Source: Phoronis australis (Eukaryota > Animalia > Phoronida). From it: DNA of 64,000 nucleotides. Made by a program: the position numbers and the translations under genes. The stretch is from positions 515,407-579,406 of the forward strand of contig NMRA01000047.1 in assembly GCA_002633005.1 (NCBI GenBank), in the 5' to 3' direction. The first letter of the stretch is position 1; each line of letters opens with the position of its first letter. Of the stretch, positions 12,486 through 24,811 are shown piece by piece. The notes under the pieces were generated by a model. It was not told the DNA's origin. It did no database searches and saw nothing but the letters and a program-made list of their open reading frames with translations.

Positions 12486-13738
12486 CACAGGCGTCCTCAG
12501 CTTCTGATCGTCCCCAATACACTATGACACTCCGGACTAGAAATTCCACGGGTACTTCACTTCCGCCATTCATAGCAAACACAAAACTCAATACATTTTC
12601 AAAAAACGGAGGTTCAACAAACCATGAGGATTGTCCTTTCTCCCAATACCATTTACAGTATCCAGCTCCACCGAGTTCGCAACAAGTTAGAGGTCAAAGC
12701 ACAAAAATCTTTTCAAAAAGTTGCTGCGTACCAGCAATATGCTACACGGAAATTGCCAGTTTGTCACAGAAGGTCACGACATCAATAACTCCACACTTAG
12801 CCAGACCGTTTCGTAACCTTCTGTGATGAACCGGCAATTGCCGTCAATTCGTAACTCATCGGATTATTCCGTACCCTACTTGACTTTGACCGCGTGAAGC
12901 ATATTGCTAATACGCAGTGACTTTTTGAGATTTTTGTGTTTTGACCGCAAATTTGTTGCAAACTCAGTGGAGCAGGACACTGTAAATGGTATTAGCAGAT
13001 AGAACAATTCCTCATGGCTTGTTGAACCCGTTTAGTGTAAATTTATAGTTTTGTGTTTGCTATGAACGGCTGAAGTGAAGCACCCGTGGAATTTTTAGTC
13101 CGGAGTGTCATACTTTGTAGTATTCTATATACTAGTGTGTTGGAGAAGATCAGAAGTTGAGGACGCCTGTGGATGCAAGCAGATTTTATTTGGATTTGGG
13201 ACAGTTGAAGTTGGGAGCCTCAGCTCGGCAAAGCATCAGTTTCCAACCTTTATATTTCTTATATATGATTATGCGTGAAATTCGAGCGCCTGTGCTGTGA
13301 TTGCCTACTATACTACTGTATTGGCCAGCTAAACACACTTTGCACTTTGTCGGTTCGAGGTCAAGGGCAGTAAGTAAATTACTGATAAATTACGGATGGA
13401 CGGCGCTATCGACATCGTGACTTTACGCGACAAACCGGCAATTCCCATACGGTTATTGACCTCAAACAGACAAAGTGCAAAGTGTGTTTGGGCTTTTTGG
13501 GAACATTTTTGTGCTTTGACAGCGAATTTCTAGCGAACTCGCTGGAGCAGGACACCGTGAATGGAAAGAACAATTTCTCATGGTTTGTTGAACCCGTTTT
13601 GAGTAAATTTATTGAGTTATGTGTTTGATATGGACAGTTGAATCAAAGAACCCATGGAATTTCTAGTTCCGAGTGTCATACCTTGTAGTATTATATGTAG
13701 TGTATTGGGCACGCGATCAGAAGCTGAGGACGCCTGTG
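12486..13738. mobile_element. Nested foldback / MITE-like inverted-repeat complex between JADE and NCBP2
   Basis: Arm A (about 12486-12715, CACAGGCGTCCTCAGCTTCTGATC...GACACTCCGGACTAGAAATTCCACGGG...) has reverse-complement copies B (about 12925-13171) and C (about 13505-13738). A separate inverted pair of about 34 bp (AAACACACTTTGCACTTTGTC...GAGGTCAA) lies at 13331-13364 and 13456-13489. Confidence 0.8.
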
Positions 13739-14286
13739 GGTGCACTGTGACATTCAACCAGCAGAAAACTTGAATATCCCGCCATAAAATTTAAGCCTAT
13801 CCCCGTCTCGTCAATCAGAATATAGCAGCGTAACATGGAAACTGATACGACAAGACACAACAACAAAGGGATGTTTACACTACTCGCATTACTGTGACAT
13901 ATTTCACTGCCGTGTGATGCGAATTTCAGTAAACTGGTGTAGCAAGTAAATAAAACATAGTGAAGATTGATGGCAAATCTTCTGAGAATACTGACCTAAT
14001 TACGTATGCATAAGACCTTTCATAAGAGAATAAATACCTTATACGTCAAACATCCGGATCAGCGTTATTCTTCAACATTCTAAGTATGCATTGGTATACA
14101 ATCTGATACCAACAGTGCTTATAATTTTGAGTAAGAAGTCGTCAAAATGAGCACCAATTCTTTGGCGCCATCACAAAATTTATACGAAATTTTTATAATC
14201 ACGTTTGCACGTGACATGAAATCTCGTTCGTGAGAAAGTTTAGCGCCATCATACAACAAGTTCCAGAACTAATCAGTTGAACAAAA

Positions 14287-17200
14287 ATGTCTTTGAAAAG
14301 AAAGCGACAGTCTGGTGGTTCCGTGGAGTTGAGCGCTTACAGGGACCAACACTTCAAGGTACATTCGTGTTTTAGTGCTGGACGATATGCTGATTTTTGA
14401 TTCTTAAAAATTCTCAGTCAATAGTAACAGTTGTGTTTCAATTAGTTTCGTGTGTTGTATTATTTGTAGTGTAGCGCACGACTTTCCCCACAAGTACAGA
14501 ACACATGTTTGTAACTGTAACTGTAAGATATGTACAGTCACTCTCTGAGACACCCGATATGTACTGTACAGTTTTGTATTCCTACAGGTTCACTAGCTAG
14601 GTTTCTAGAAGTACTCATCAGTTAAAACAAAGCTACCATGGTTTGACTTAAACACAACCTAAATGCACATCCCGGGCCAAGCCGGCCAGGGCACAAGCTG
14701 AAGGACTGCCACAAGCATCATGCTAACAGTAACACTAACAGTAATAGGGAGAATTATAGCATTTTTCACAAAGTTTAGAAAATGTGCATGTAATATACAT
14801 CATGAGAAAGTGCTTCACAATCACAGGACTCAGAGCACTGTGCAAAAACTTTTTATTTCGACTTACGGTGCCGTAGAAAATGTCATTTTTGTGTCAAAAT
14901 TTTTTATCAAAACAAATAAGGTATCATTTAAAGATTTTTATCAGGAAAGTTTAAATCTGATAATTGATTGAGCACATTATCAATATCATTTTGTGATTTT
15001 TTGTTAACATGGTGTTTGCGAACTTGTCAAAATCTAATTGCATTAAATATAAATGAAAGATAAACAATATGTATTGATGACAAGTATGATAAGTAGAACA
15101 TTTTAACACTAGCTTCTGAAGACATACAATGAAATTCTTTGCGTAACAATGTAATAAAATGAAGACCTTGTCTTGAGCCATCAAAAAGTTCATGCTATAC
15201 AAGGGACAACTCCAATGTTTATTTCCCAAAGTTGTCTTAAAAGGGAACTGTATTTTATTCTGAATAAATTGTGGATAGTTTTCTATGAATTGTTGATTAA
15301 TTTCACAAATAATTCAACACCAAAAATTAAACTTATGTTCTCTAACGAAGCTCGAAAAATTACCGGCTTGGAGCGCTGCTTAGTCTCGTGACGTATTTGG
15401 CGGGGGCAAAGTCACTGTCCTGTGCTGTGTTAGCGTGCAATCAAGTAGCGTTTTTTTATAATGTCGGAATAAGAAATTTTAGTGTGAAATTTCGGGTCAC
15501 AAGGGATACCTGTTTTAGCCGAGGCAACACAAAGTGATACCTAGTCATCGTCATCGTCAGACGAAAATTTGCCGGTGTAACTGGTGTCAGTGACTGTGCC
15601 GAGGGCAATGTGGACTCTAGCCATCCAGTCAGCCAGTTGTCAGCCCCACTCCGGCAGCTCTGTAAACTTGAAGGGTTGGTAAGTTACCGACTGTACCTGT
15701 ATGAAGACTATCGTACCACTGTGTGTTGAGCTCCGTTAACCCCGAAATTTCAGACAGCCGTTGACTACCCGGGTATAGTTGACTCAGTTATGCTCGTCAC
15801 CTCGTCGTAAAACTTAGGCTACATCAACATATAAAGCTAACGGACCGGCGGGGGCGCATGCAAAATCTGATATAGTCACCCGACACTTCCATTGTTCGTT
15901 GCAGCCGTTTAAGTGGAAAACAATCAAATAAACGTCCTTTGGTAGCATAATTTGCCGCCTTTTTAACAAAGAAGTGTGTCGTCCGTTTCAAGAACAGCAC
16001 GCTCGTGACACGGCGCACGCGCCATTTCATAAAAATTTGAGACGTCTTTCGGGACATCATAACAGCTTCGCAGCACCAAGGTTGTTCTAAAATTCGGTTT
16101 GCTGGTGTAAAAATACTAAAAACTTGAAACAAAATGAAACAAGCTCCGATAATTTGTTATAACATGTACGCAACCTAGGTACCGTCAGCGACGAACACAT
16201 GATAAAAGAATCAGGGGGAAAAGAAACTGGTAAAGGTCAGGTGACGTAATCGCAAAAAGCCGACTCAAGAAAACACATCACAATTTTACTAGCACCAGCC
16301 GATGAACGATCGCTAACATTTCCAACACCGGTAAATACAGAAGTTAGTTTACTCTAGGAACCTGTTTCCTAGGTTTACTCAAGGATGACTTAGTTTTAAT
16401 GACATTTATTTGAGTCAGATTTTATTTGTACATTTTTTACCCATATCGGCTTAAACCTGTAGGCCTATATCTAGTATACACTGAGCTTTGGGCCAAGGCT
16501 TGGGTAACCCGGCGGTGGTATGCGATGACCATCCCTTTAGAAGACGCCTTTTTCGAAGAGTTTGAGCAACCAGGTGCCATACAAAAAGGCATAGCGAACC
16601 TTTTACAGCACTGTGGCAAACAATAAAAAAATAAGGACGATTGATACAATGATAAATTACGATGTAAACTCTTCAAATATGACATAAGCAATGAATGTGC
16701 AAAGGGGTGGGGGCTAACCCTTTCACTGACTACCGAAAATCAGTGGAGTACAGGATACCCAACATGGAGTTATTCCAGCATTTTGAGGTCCCCTTGTCCA
16801 TAGTCATTCATCAGCCGAAAGGTATTCTAGTAGACGGCCTCATCTACGTCATAATGGATATTGAACCGTGATGGATATTTAGAGACCTGAAAGAATACTA
16901 TGATCCATAAATGATTTGTTGCTATGACATGCGAGCATTATTCGAACAGTGTTCTGCAAAAATGTTACCACTACTTGGAAATTATGCAAAACATTTCAAC
17001 AAACAAAGCTGGCATAATATTGTTGAACTTAAAAGTCATGAAAAGAAAAAAGAAATAGCTAGGTAAGTTACACCAGTATACAAAAATCAAGAACATATTG
17101 CTCTTCAGATGCTGCAGTTTTGTTAATAAGAACTGTCAATGCTTGTTACATACTAACAAATAAGTTTTTCTGCTTTTCTATTTCAAATTGGAATAAATCA

Positions 17201-20200
17201 ATACCACCAGTGCCTCTTCCTGTTGAATTTGAAGCAATCAATGAACTCCATTTTGTCCATGTTTTTGTCATGTAATTTGTGAGGGTAACTCATTGCATTA
17301 AAAAATAAATTTAACAAAAGGTGTTACCCAAAAACAGCAACAAAACAATGGCTCTCAAAAGTTGTTCTGCATGGGTTTAACTTGTTACTTTGTGATCATA
17401 ACAATATCTTTTTGGATGCCATTGCCAAATGTTTGCAGTGGCTATGTACAGAACCCATGATCTTAGATTTCTTGGTATTTTTTATGTTTTATGACAAAGT
17501 TGCCAGTCTGAACTGCGCAGGACACCTATCAGTGTAATCTCTCTACCATTTCAGGGTTGTCACCTATCAGTGTAATCTCTCTACAATTCCAGGGTAGTCA
17601 CCTATCAGTGTAATCTCTCTAACATTTCAGGGTAGTCGCATTGAACAAGAAAAACTTCTCCTGGCAAGCACCACACTTTACGTGGGTAATCTATCTTACT
17701 TCACGACAGAGGAGCAAATACACGAGCTGTTCTCACGTGCAGGAGATGTGAAACGAATCATTATGGGACTAGACAAGTTTCACAAGACACCTTGTGGATT
17801 TTGTTTTGTGGAGTATCCATTTTTTCTGCGCGTCCTGTTGGCTTGTGCGTCCATACTGATAGGAATGCTCTTGTCAGCTGTGGTCATTGGAGATGTGATG
17901 GAAGACTTGGTATTCATTTTGTGGTGTTCTGAAAAGATGCAGTAAAACTCCCGTTTATGAATTGGATTTTTGGTCAACTCAGGCGAAGTTCAGCGATACA
18001 GTTGTAGTTCGCACACTCAATCGTTCTGAAAGCTTTTTTTGGGAAAAATTCAGTTTAATCCAACTATTGCAAGTTTTACTGTACAATACTACCAATTTGG
18101 TTTGTTGAAAACAACGAGAAGTGATCTCTTCCACTCCATGGGCATTTGTGGAATGGTCGTTTCACTTACTAGTGTTAGATAAAAGCAAATGCATTGTCAG
18201 TGCATGGTTTTATGAGTGAAATCTTACGAGAGAGCTGATCAATTTGTGGTTGTTATAGTCAGTAGGTTTTACATGGTTCCATCTACCTCATGGACCAAAT
18301 GTAGTGCCTTTTAATTTCTTCTGCAGCTGCTTTACTTAAGTGAAATGATTGGCAAAGACCAATGTTTTTTGAGCTGAGCCCCAAAACAGATTTGATCTCA
18401 CGGCATGATTGGCCGCAATTGGGCACTTTGGTAGAAGAGCTAAACCCTACTTGGTAAGTAGACTTCTCAGTTCTTATAACACATTCAAGTGTTTACCTTA
18501 AAAACCGTGTGTTCTATAAGAACTGAGTTGTTAAATCATGCAGACATCCAGGTGAGACTTTTTGGTGAGGTAGCTAAGTATTTTAAGCATATTTTTTCTG
18601 ATGGAATCATTGGCCTGGATTTCAGCAAATGACTGGCAGCCAACGGTGAGAATTGGCGATTTTTGAAACGCAATAGATTCTGTTATTTTGTAACTCTTGT
18701 CAAAGCTCATAATTTCAAGAAGTCTAACAATTATCCCCGAATTGCGTTTTTAGCCCTAAAACCAATTATGTCCTTTTAAAGATTTGTCTCCAAAGCAACT
18801 GCAACAATCTGCAATGGTTGATTGATTCAACGAGTAGTTTTTGATCACTACTGTCTGCACTATGTGACGAGTAGCTGCTGGCATGACACATCGAAAATAG
18901 CCAAATCCAGTGGATCAAGTTTTACGTGTTAGCTTTTTAGGCAATGCAAGAGCTAGCGAGATCAAAGCAAATATTGATTGGAGTGAAGAAAACGAACAAA
19001 AGTGAGCTGACCTTCGGGGTGAAAATAGAGATGTTCTGGGTGAGATAGCTGATAGCTTGTTTCATCGGGTAAAATGCTTAATATTTCTAGTATTGTGGTG
19101 TTTGCTGGATTTGAAAGTGTTTAATCTGGGCTAGACAACACTCGTTGATATCTGGTTAAATATACCCAATGCAATAATGTAGTCTCCAACACTTGGCATG
19201 CAGGTTGCATGACACCCCTGCAACTGCAACGGGGTGTCCTGCTGTGTGACGCAGTGTCGCTTGACCGTTGCATTAGAAAAATTCCTATGTGCAGACAAAC
19301 CTTTAGCTGCACTTCAAGTTGATTTATACCAGATTGAAATTGCACCTTCAGTGTGACTGTTTTATTTAGCCCTTGCAAGGTATTCAAATCACCTTAACTC
19401 AGTTTAAGATATTACTCACGAGACGATGCAGAAAATTGCGTGCGTTACATTAATGGCACTCGGCTTGACGACAGGATAGTGCGCACGGACTGGGACGCTG
19501 GCTTCAAAGAAGGTCGACAGTATGGACGCGGGAAAGGGGGTGGACAGGTAAGAGAATGGTGGAAGTAAGGGGGTGGACAGGTAAGGTGGTGATGGAAGTA
19601 AAGGGGTAGACAGGTAAGGTGGTGATGGAAGTCACTGTGATGACTAGTGCTAATTTCATTTCAGGCAATCTTTCCTCATGAACCACGCATTTGTTTCATG
19701 AATTAGTTGTTTTTATCACAAACTTTTCTCTCTTTGACTACAGTTCTGTTGGTGTCATTAGAAACTTGACCTGTTTCACGATGCTTTGTACTTTATACAT
19801 AGATTTGCGGAAATAAATTGCAACATTGTGCACCAAAACTAGGGCTTCTTTAAGTGTTTGGCTTCTGAAATTGAGTTTCTGTTGAAAAGTTAGGTTAGGG
19901 TCATTTTGTCCCCAAATAAATGAAACAAAATTAGCCAAGTGATGAAAGTGGCTTTGTTTGATTACCAGTATTTCAATCTAGACTGATGTGTTCGCTTTAA
20001 TGTATTTATCATGGTAGATACTTGGCATACGAGTCATGAAACTGCACATACACCTGAAAAACCAGTGGACTAGATTGATATCTGGATTTGAAAACCGTCG
20101 TCTTCTGGAGTTGTAACAAAACGAGAGATGTTTGTAAATGTAAACACAGTTTTTCCTTGTGAATTGTGATTGTATTTGCTTGTAGTACATAGTTGATGCA

Positions 20201-20789
20201 TTGCATCAGGCATAGACTTGCTGCACCATCCTGTCTGACAGTGATAAGCACTGTTGCCTGTACTGTGTATAAACTTAATGGTAACTTATTCATGTTCATA
20301 CAGTTTCATCAACTTCCTTTTTGCATCATATGCCTTGTACAACTTGCAGCTATCGTATATGTGTGCGTGTGCATGTGCGTGTGTCTGTGTAAATTAGGTA
20401 AATAGGGCTATTAGAAGGTGTGCTTATGTCCGGAACTAGGTGCATACACCTATATTTGAACCATAGGAGTGAAATCATGCTTTAAATTGATGCCTCTCAT
20501 ATAGGCACACCCTCATATATTTTTCGTTAAATATTCTCCTCTATTAGGCTTGCCTAGTGAAGTGTACACAGGACACCCACCTGCGCCTAGAAACTAAACT
20601 TGACTTACATTCCAAACTCTCGAGTGAAAATTTTTCTTAACAAAAACAATATTATTTTTGTCACATTAACGTAGATGTGGAACTCTTTCTCTTTTCCAGG
20701 TGAGAGATGAATATCGAACAGATTACGACAGTGGGCGTGGTGGTTATGGAAAGATAGTGCAAAATAAGATGCAGAAACACAATACCTGA
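14287..20789 (+). CDS. NCBP2: Nuclear cap-binding protein subunit 2 (CBP20), 160 aa, 4 coding exons
   Basis: join(14287-14358 [24 protein letters not shown]; 17631-17812 [61 protein letters not shown]; 19409-19547 [46 protein letters not shown]; 20700-20789 [29 protein letters not shown]). Total 483 nt with consistent phases, and the RRM is unmistakably CBP20. Confidence 0.97.
15540..16600 (-). mobile_element. Degraded transposon remnant in NCBP2 intron 1 with a THAP-like start and possible Cys-rich accessory-ORF fragments
   Basis: [27 protein letters not shown] (about 16592-16510, minus) matches the THAP N-terminal M-x2-C-x4-C-x-N...(F/Y)H pattern. Broken fragments such as WLTGWL...LPS and YTGKF near 15640-15560 vaguely resemble the accessory protein of Kolobok elements. 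Termini not found. Confidence 0.45.
17523..17638 (+). repeat. 38-bp tandem triplication of the NCBP2 exon-2 3' splice site
   Basis: CACCTATCAGTGTAATCTCTCTA(C/A)(C/A)ATT(T/C)CAG|GGT(T/A)GT x3. Only the last CAG (17630) gives the CBP20 reading frame. Confidence 0.92.
17813..19408 (+). other. U12-type (minor spliceosome) GT-AG intron of NCBP2
   Basis: 5' splice site GTATCCATTTT (consensus RTATCCTTT). Branch box CACCTTAAC at about 19390-19398, 10 nt before the 3' end of the intron. No polypyrimidine tract. The intron splits the E codon of CFVE/YY in phase 2. Confidence 0.88.
19535..19632 (+). repeat. About 33-bp tandem triplication of the NCBP2 exon-3 5' splice site
   Basis: GGGGT(G/A)GACAG|GTAAG...TGGAAGT x3, giving three CAG|GTAAG donors in a row. 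Confidence 0.9.
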
Positions 20790-22121
20790 GTGACACACAA
20801 TTGTGTGACTTGAGCCTCTCATTGGACCATTTCATTCATTAACCTATGGAAGATAGCAGAGACATTCCAACATTCGTACATAAGAGCTTCATCTTTATTT
20901 GTTTTTCTTGCTCGACCCTGTCTTCAGTTCTGGAACTCACTCATTAAGCAAATGTCGGATACATTTTGAATTTAAACTCATCTCTTCGGCGTCGAACTAC
21001 AGGGGACTGTTTGATCGAAGGTCATTAGCACAGATTTTATATGTTTGACAATGCAGTTGTTTTGGATGATGGTCAATGTACATGGATGACGTGTGCGTGT
21101 ACGAGTCATAAAACAGTGCCGACTTTGCAATATGCCAGTAACTATCGTAGCTAGGTCTAGGCATGCGACCATTCAGGCATTAAAATCCACGGTTCGTTCA
21201 AGCATTTAACTTCGTAAGTTGCTAGAACAGTAGCTTGACCACGTAGTCTAATGGTGAGCAAAACTCTCATGACCTGTCTAAAATTGAGACTAATGATGTC
21301 AGCAGTTAAATCAGTGTTACTGCTCTATTGGTTTCTTTGACTTGCCAGTGTTGCAATTTTGGGATTTGGAATTATGGGTAATTAAGATCATTAAAACTGT
21401 TCACGGATACAGAAACTGGGTAGACTAGTGTTGTAAGGCCTTCTTGATACTTTGTACTAACTTGTTACCACACTGGCGCAGAGAAACACTGAAGTTGTTG
21501 CGGGTAATTGTTTGTAAATTAACGTATCTGAAAACAGTCTTTTTGTTGTGGAGGGTTATGGAGGACCCTAGAAAAATGGCCAATTTCAGAACATCACGTG
21601 TCGGAAATGCTGATCAGATTCAATATCAATGCTGTTTTTAAATTGCTTCACTTTTGCACAAAGGGTTCTCAAAAATAGCTCTTTTAAGGCATTCATGCAA
21701 AAAATCTGAAGTTGTATAAAACAAAAATAAAATATTAGGAAACTGTGACAGCTTTTTTGAGGTTTCATGTTGAACATTTATATCAAATAAAATTTGGTCA
21801 CGTTATGGATACCGCTGTTTTGCCATCAATGTACCTTTCTTCTTGGCTAAATTTTAGCAAAACATGTTCACATGACCCAATTTATGATAGAATGTTAAAA
21901 AGTCAAAAACCAATTTCTATAGGATTTTTAATTTCAGATTAATTATGTATTTTTTCGTAATTAAAATGTAGAATTTTGTAGATATTTGTCTAAATACACA
22001 CACATGTAGATGAAGTCCTACACAACCATAGCGGTAACACATGTATATTTGCTTCTTACAGTATGTTAAGAGCACCGCTTTTAACCCACTAGTGACATAA
22101 ATTGCCAAATGTAACAAACTA

Positions 22122-22395
22122 TTAGGCGTATTAGCTTCCTTTTGTCTACGTCACTGCGAAAATCACCTTTTAATTCAAACAGCTGCGAATAACACCTGCA
22201 GGCAATGGTGTTCTATTCAGACCCATATTCAATACAACCTTTTGTTGTTTGTGCTGGGATCTTGCGGTGATGCAACATGGCACGAAAAGGCAGCTTCACT
22301 TATCATTTGACGGGCTTACACTTGCGTGATTGAACTCGCGTTTTCTTATTTTACTAAGTCTGTGCTCGGACTATCTGGTTAGCCTAATACACCTA
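22122..22395. mobile_element. Possible small MITE
   Basis: Imperfect inverted ends TTAGGCGTATTAG ... CTAATACACCTAA; non-coding interior. Confidence 0.4.
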
Positions 22396-24811
22396 AAGTA
22401 ACAAATTTCCATTGAAGTTAGGCTTTAAGGGTACATTTGTTGCAAGTAAGTTGTCCCTCTTGCGAGCAACACAACTGTTTGGTATAATGCAGTAATTTTT
22501 TCAAAGCTAATACAGGTAATTTGCATATGGTGAAACTAGAATGACTTAGGCTGACAAAGCTCCGTAAGTTGAACGTAAACCTATCTTGTCTGATAATTTT
22601 AATGTCTCGTGAAATGATTTTTAGTAAGTACTCATTTTCCTACAATTGTGTTTTTATTATTATCAACAAGATTACATACACTAGAAAAGCTGTAAAAACA
22701 AGACAGTAAAATGGCAATGTACAGTTCAAGGTATAGAATAACACATAGTAAACTCTGGCAAATGAGCACAGGTGGTGAAAATATAAATAATTTTTCTCAA
22801 GAATTTAAGGTGGTGTGGGGGCACAAGATGGTGAATTTATACAATGTTCCATGCGCAGTACTTACATTGTAACTATTAGTCGTAATGCCATACTTACGGC
22901 AAGAGTTCTCAAATTGATATACACACACAGCATATCAATGGCAACATGTATGACATTCAAGGATCGGGTGACTTTCAATTACCCAGGTGGCACTGGTATG
23001 ACTAAGGACTAGAACAGATAGATACAATAGTTACAGAGCTGTCTCCCTCGGTTGAATCGTACCTGGACTAACAGCTCAAGCAAGCTCAGCTGAAGTTCTC
23101 AGGTGTTAGCTATCTGCCTGCGCTGGCCCTAATGCCCTATAAGTACAAATGCATGCATTCAGGTAGTCCAAGTGGGATCCTTAGTCTACAGTGAACTGCA
23201 ATCTGTTGTCGATCTAAAGAGGAGCCTTTACTCATTAGCAACACCTAATGTATGTAAAGTCACATTCCCTATTGATAGTGCACGCCTAACAACTAAGTAT
23301 TGGTTATATAAACACCTGAACAAAATAACAGTTACCACACAACCTGTTCCTAATACATTACTGATGTATTTTGCTGAAAGAATCTTAGGAATCCTGAAAC
23401 TCTAATTCACACCAAACTATACTATCAATAATTGTAATATTTAAAACAAATTAATGAACAATAGAATTCTCAGCAGTTTTCCCTAAGCTGATGATCTAAT
23501 TACTCATCATCAAAACATCCAGAAATGCATATAATGTTAATAAATTAGCTCTTAGAATAGTTGTGTCTTCCAACCAAAAGGACAAAGCACACTATCCAGC
23601 ACAACAAAAATCATTTTTGTCACTGTCGCAAACAGTAGGGCATGTGTATGACACACGCCACAATGTCACTACAAAAGCGTAAAGCAATACTGATTACAAT
23701 TGATGCTCTATTGTCACTTCCAACGAGTATAAATTAAGTAAGTTGAAAATGCACAAAATTAATGCCTATTAAACTAAATGTTAAAAAAAAAAACACTTAA
23801 ATAATACACTCAGAAATGTGACACAACCACCACCACTCTGAGGCTGTCTGGGAGACTTCGCCTTCTTCGTTCTAACGGATGACAAATTATGAGTCAAAAC
23901 TGGAAACTGACTCGTAACAACTGTTCAATCAAAGATGGGGTTAGTCAACTATAGAAGTATGTATGGTTCACAAATACTGTCATCGGAAGTTCACACTTTT
24001 GTGGTATTTTTTATTCTTTAACAATGGCCAATGCTATTTTAGTTGCCACCAGTTTCGATTGGAAGCAAGGATGATGATGTCGCCACTTCCAGAGTCTAAT
24101 GATTACAGCAAGAAGTCTGGGCAGTGAAAAATGTATTATTTTCCTCAACATTCGAGCTAGAACAAGACAGATGACAAAGTTACCAATGTCTGAAATTTTA
24201 GTATGGTACTGGCTAAGCACACTTCAAGTTTCACACTTACTATGAATCAAAGGAGCACAAGTTTCATCATAATAGTTTACTATGGTAAAAATTCTCCAGC
24301 GTGGGACAGAGGAAAATTATTTCCCTCAAGGTCAGGGTTTGTGTCAAAGAAATAGGCACTTTGGCTGTATAAAATGCAAGAATTATGATCAGCGACAAAT
24401 GATCATGCCAAAATTACCCATGTGGGAATCGAGAAAATTCAATTACGACTTGAATTTCAGTGTCCCAAATTTTAGAAACTGGCCTAAAGTGGACAATGTT
24501 TATTGTAGTCTGTCTATGCAACCCTTTTCTCAGATATCTGCATCTGGTTGCATCTGACTTGTGCTACTTTAATAAAAAAATTCAGGGATTCTTATTTGAA
24601 ATCTGAGTGCTACACAATCTTAATTTAGCATTTATTTAATTAAATACCTTTAAAAAATAATATTGTGAACTATTTTCAACAGATACGCAATCCAGTCATC
24701 CAATATCGTCCCTTAAAGGGCAGCCATGATCCGGCACTAATCACGCAGCAGTGTAAAACTCCACAACGATGTTGTACACTGAGGCAGAACTGTACAAAAT
24801 CCATCAGTGAG

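Noticed and set aside
17682-17945. ORF suggesting a membrane-anchored CBP20
   Set aside because: The hydrophobic tail is read-through into the U12 intron; the true frame continues at 19409. It is mentioned only as a possible retention product.
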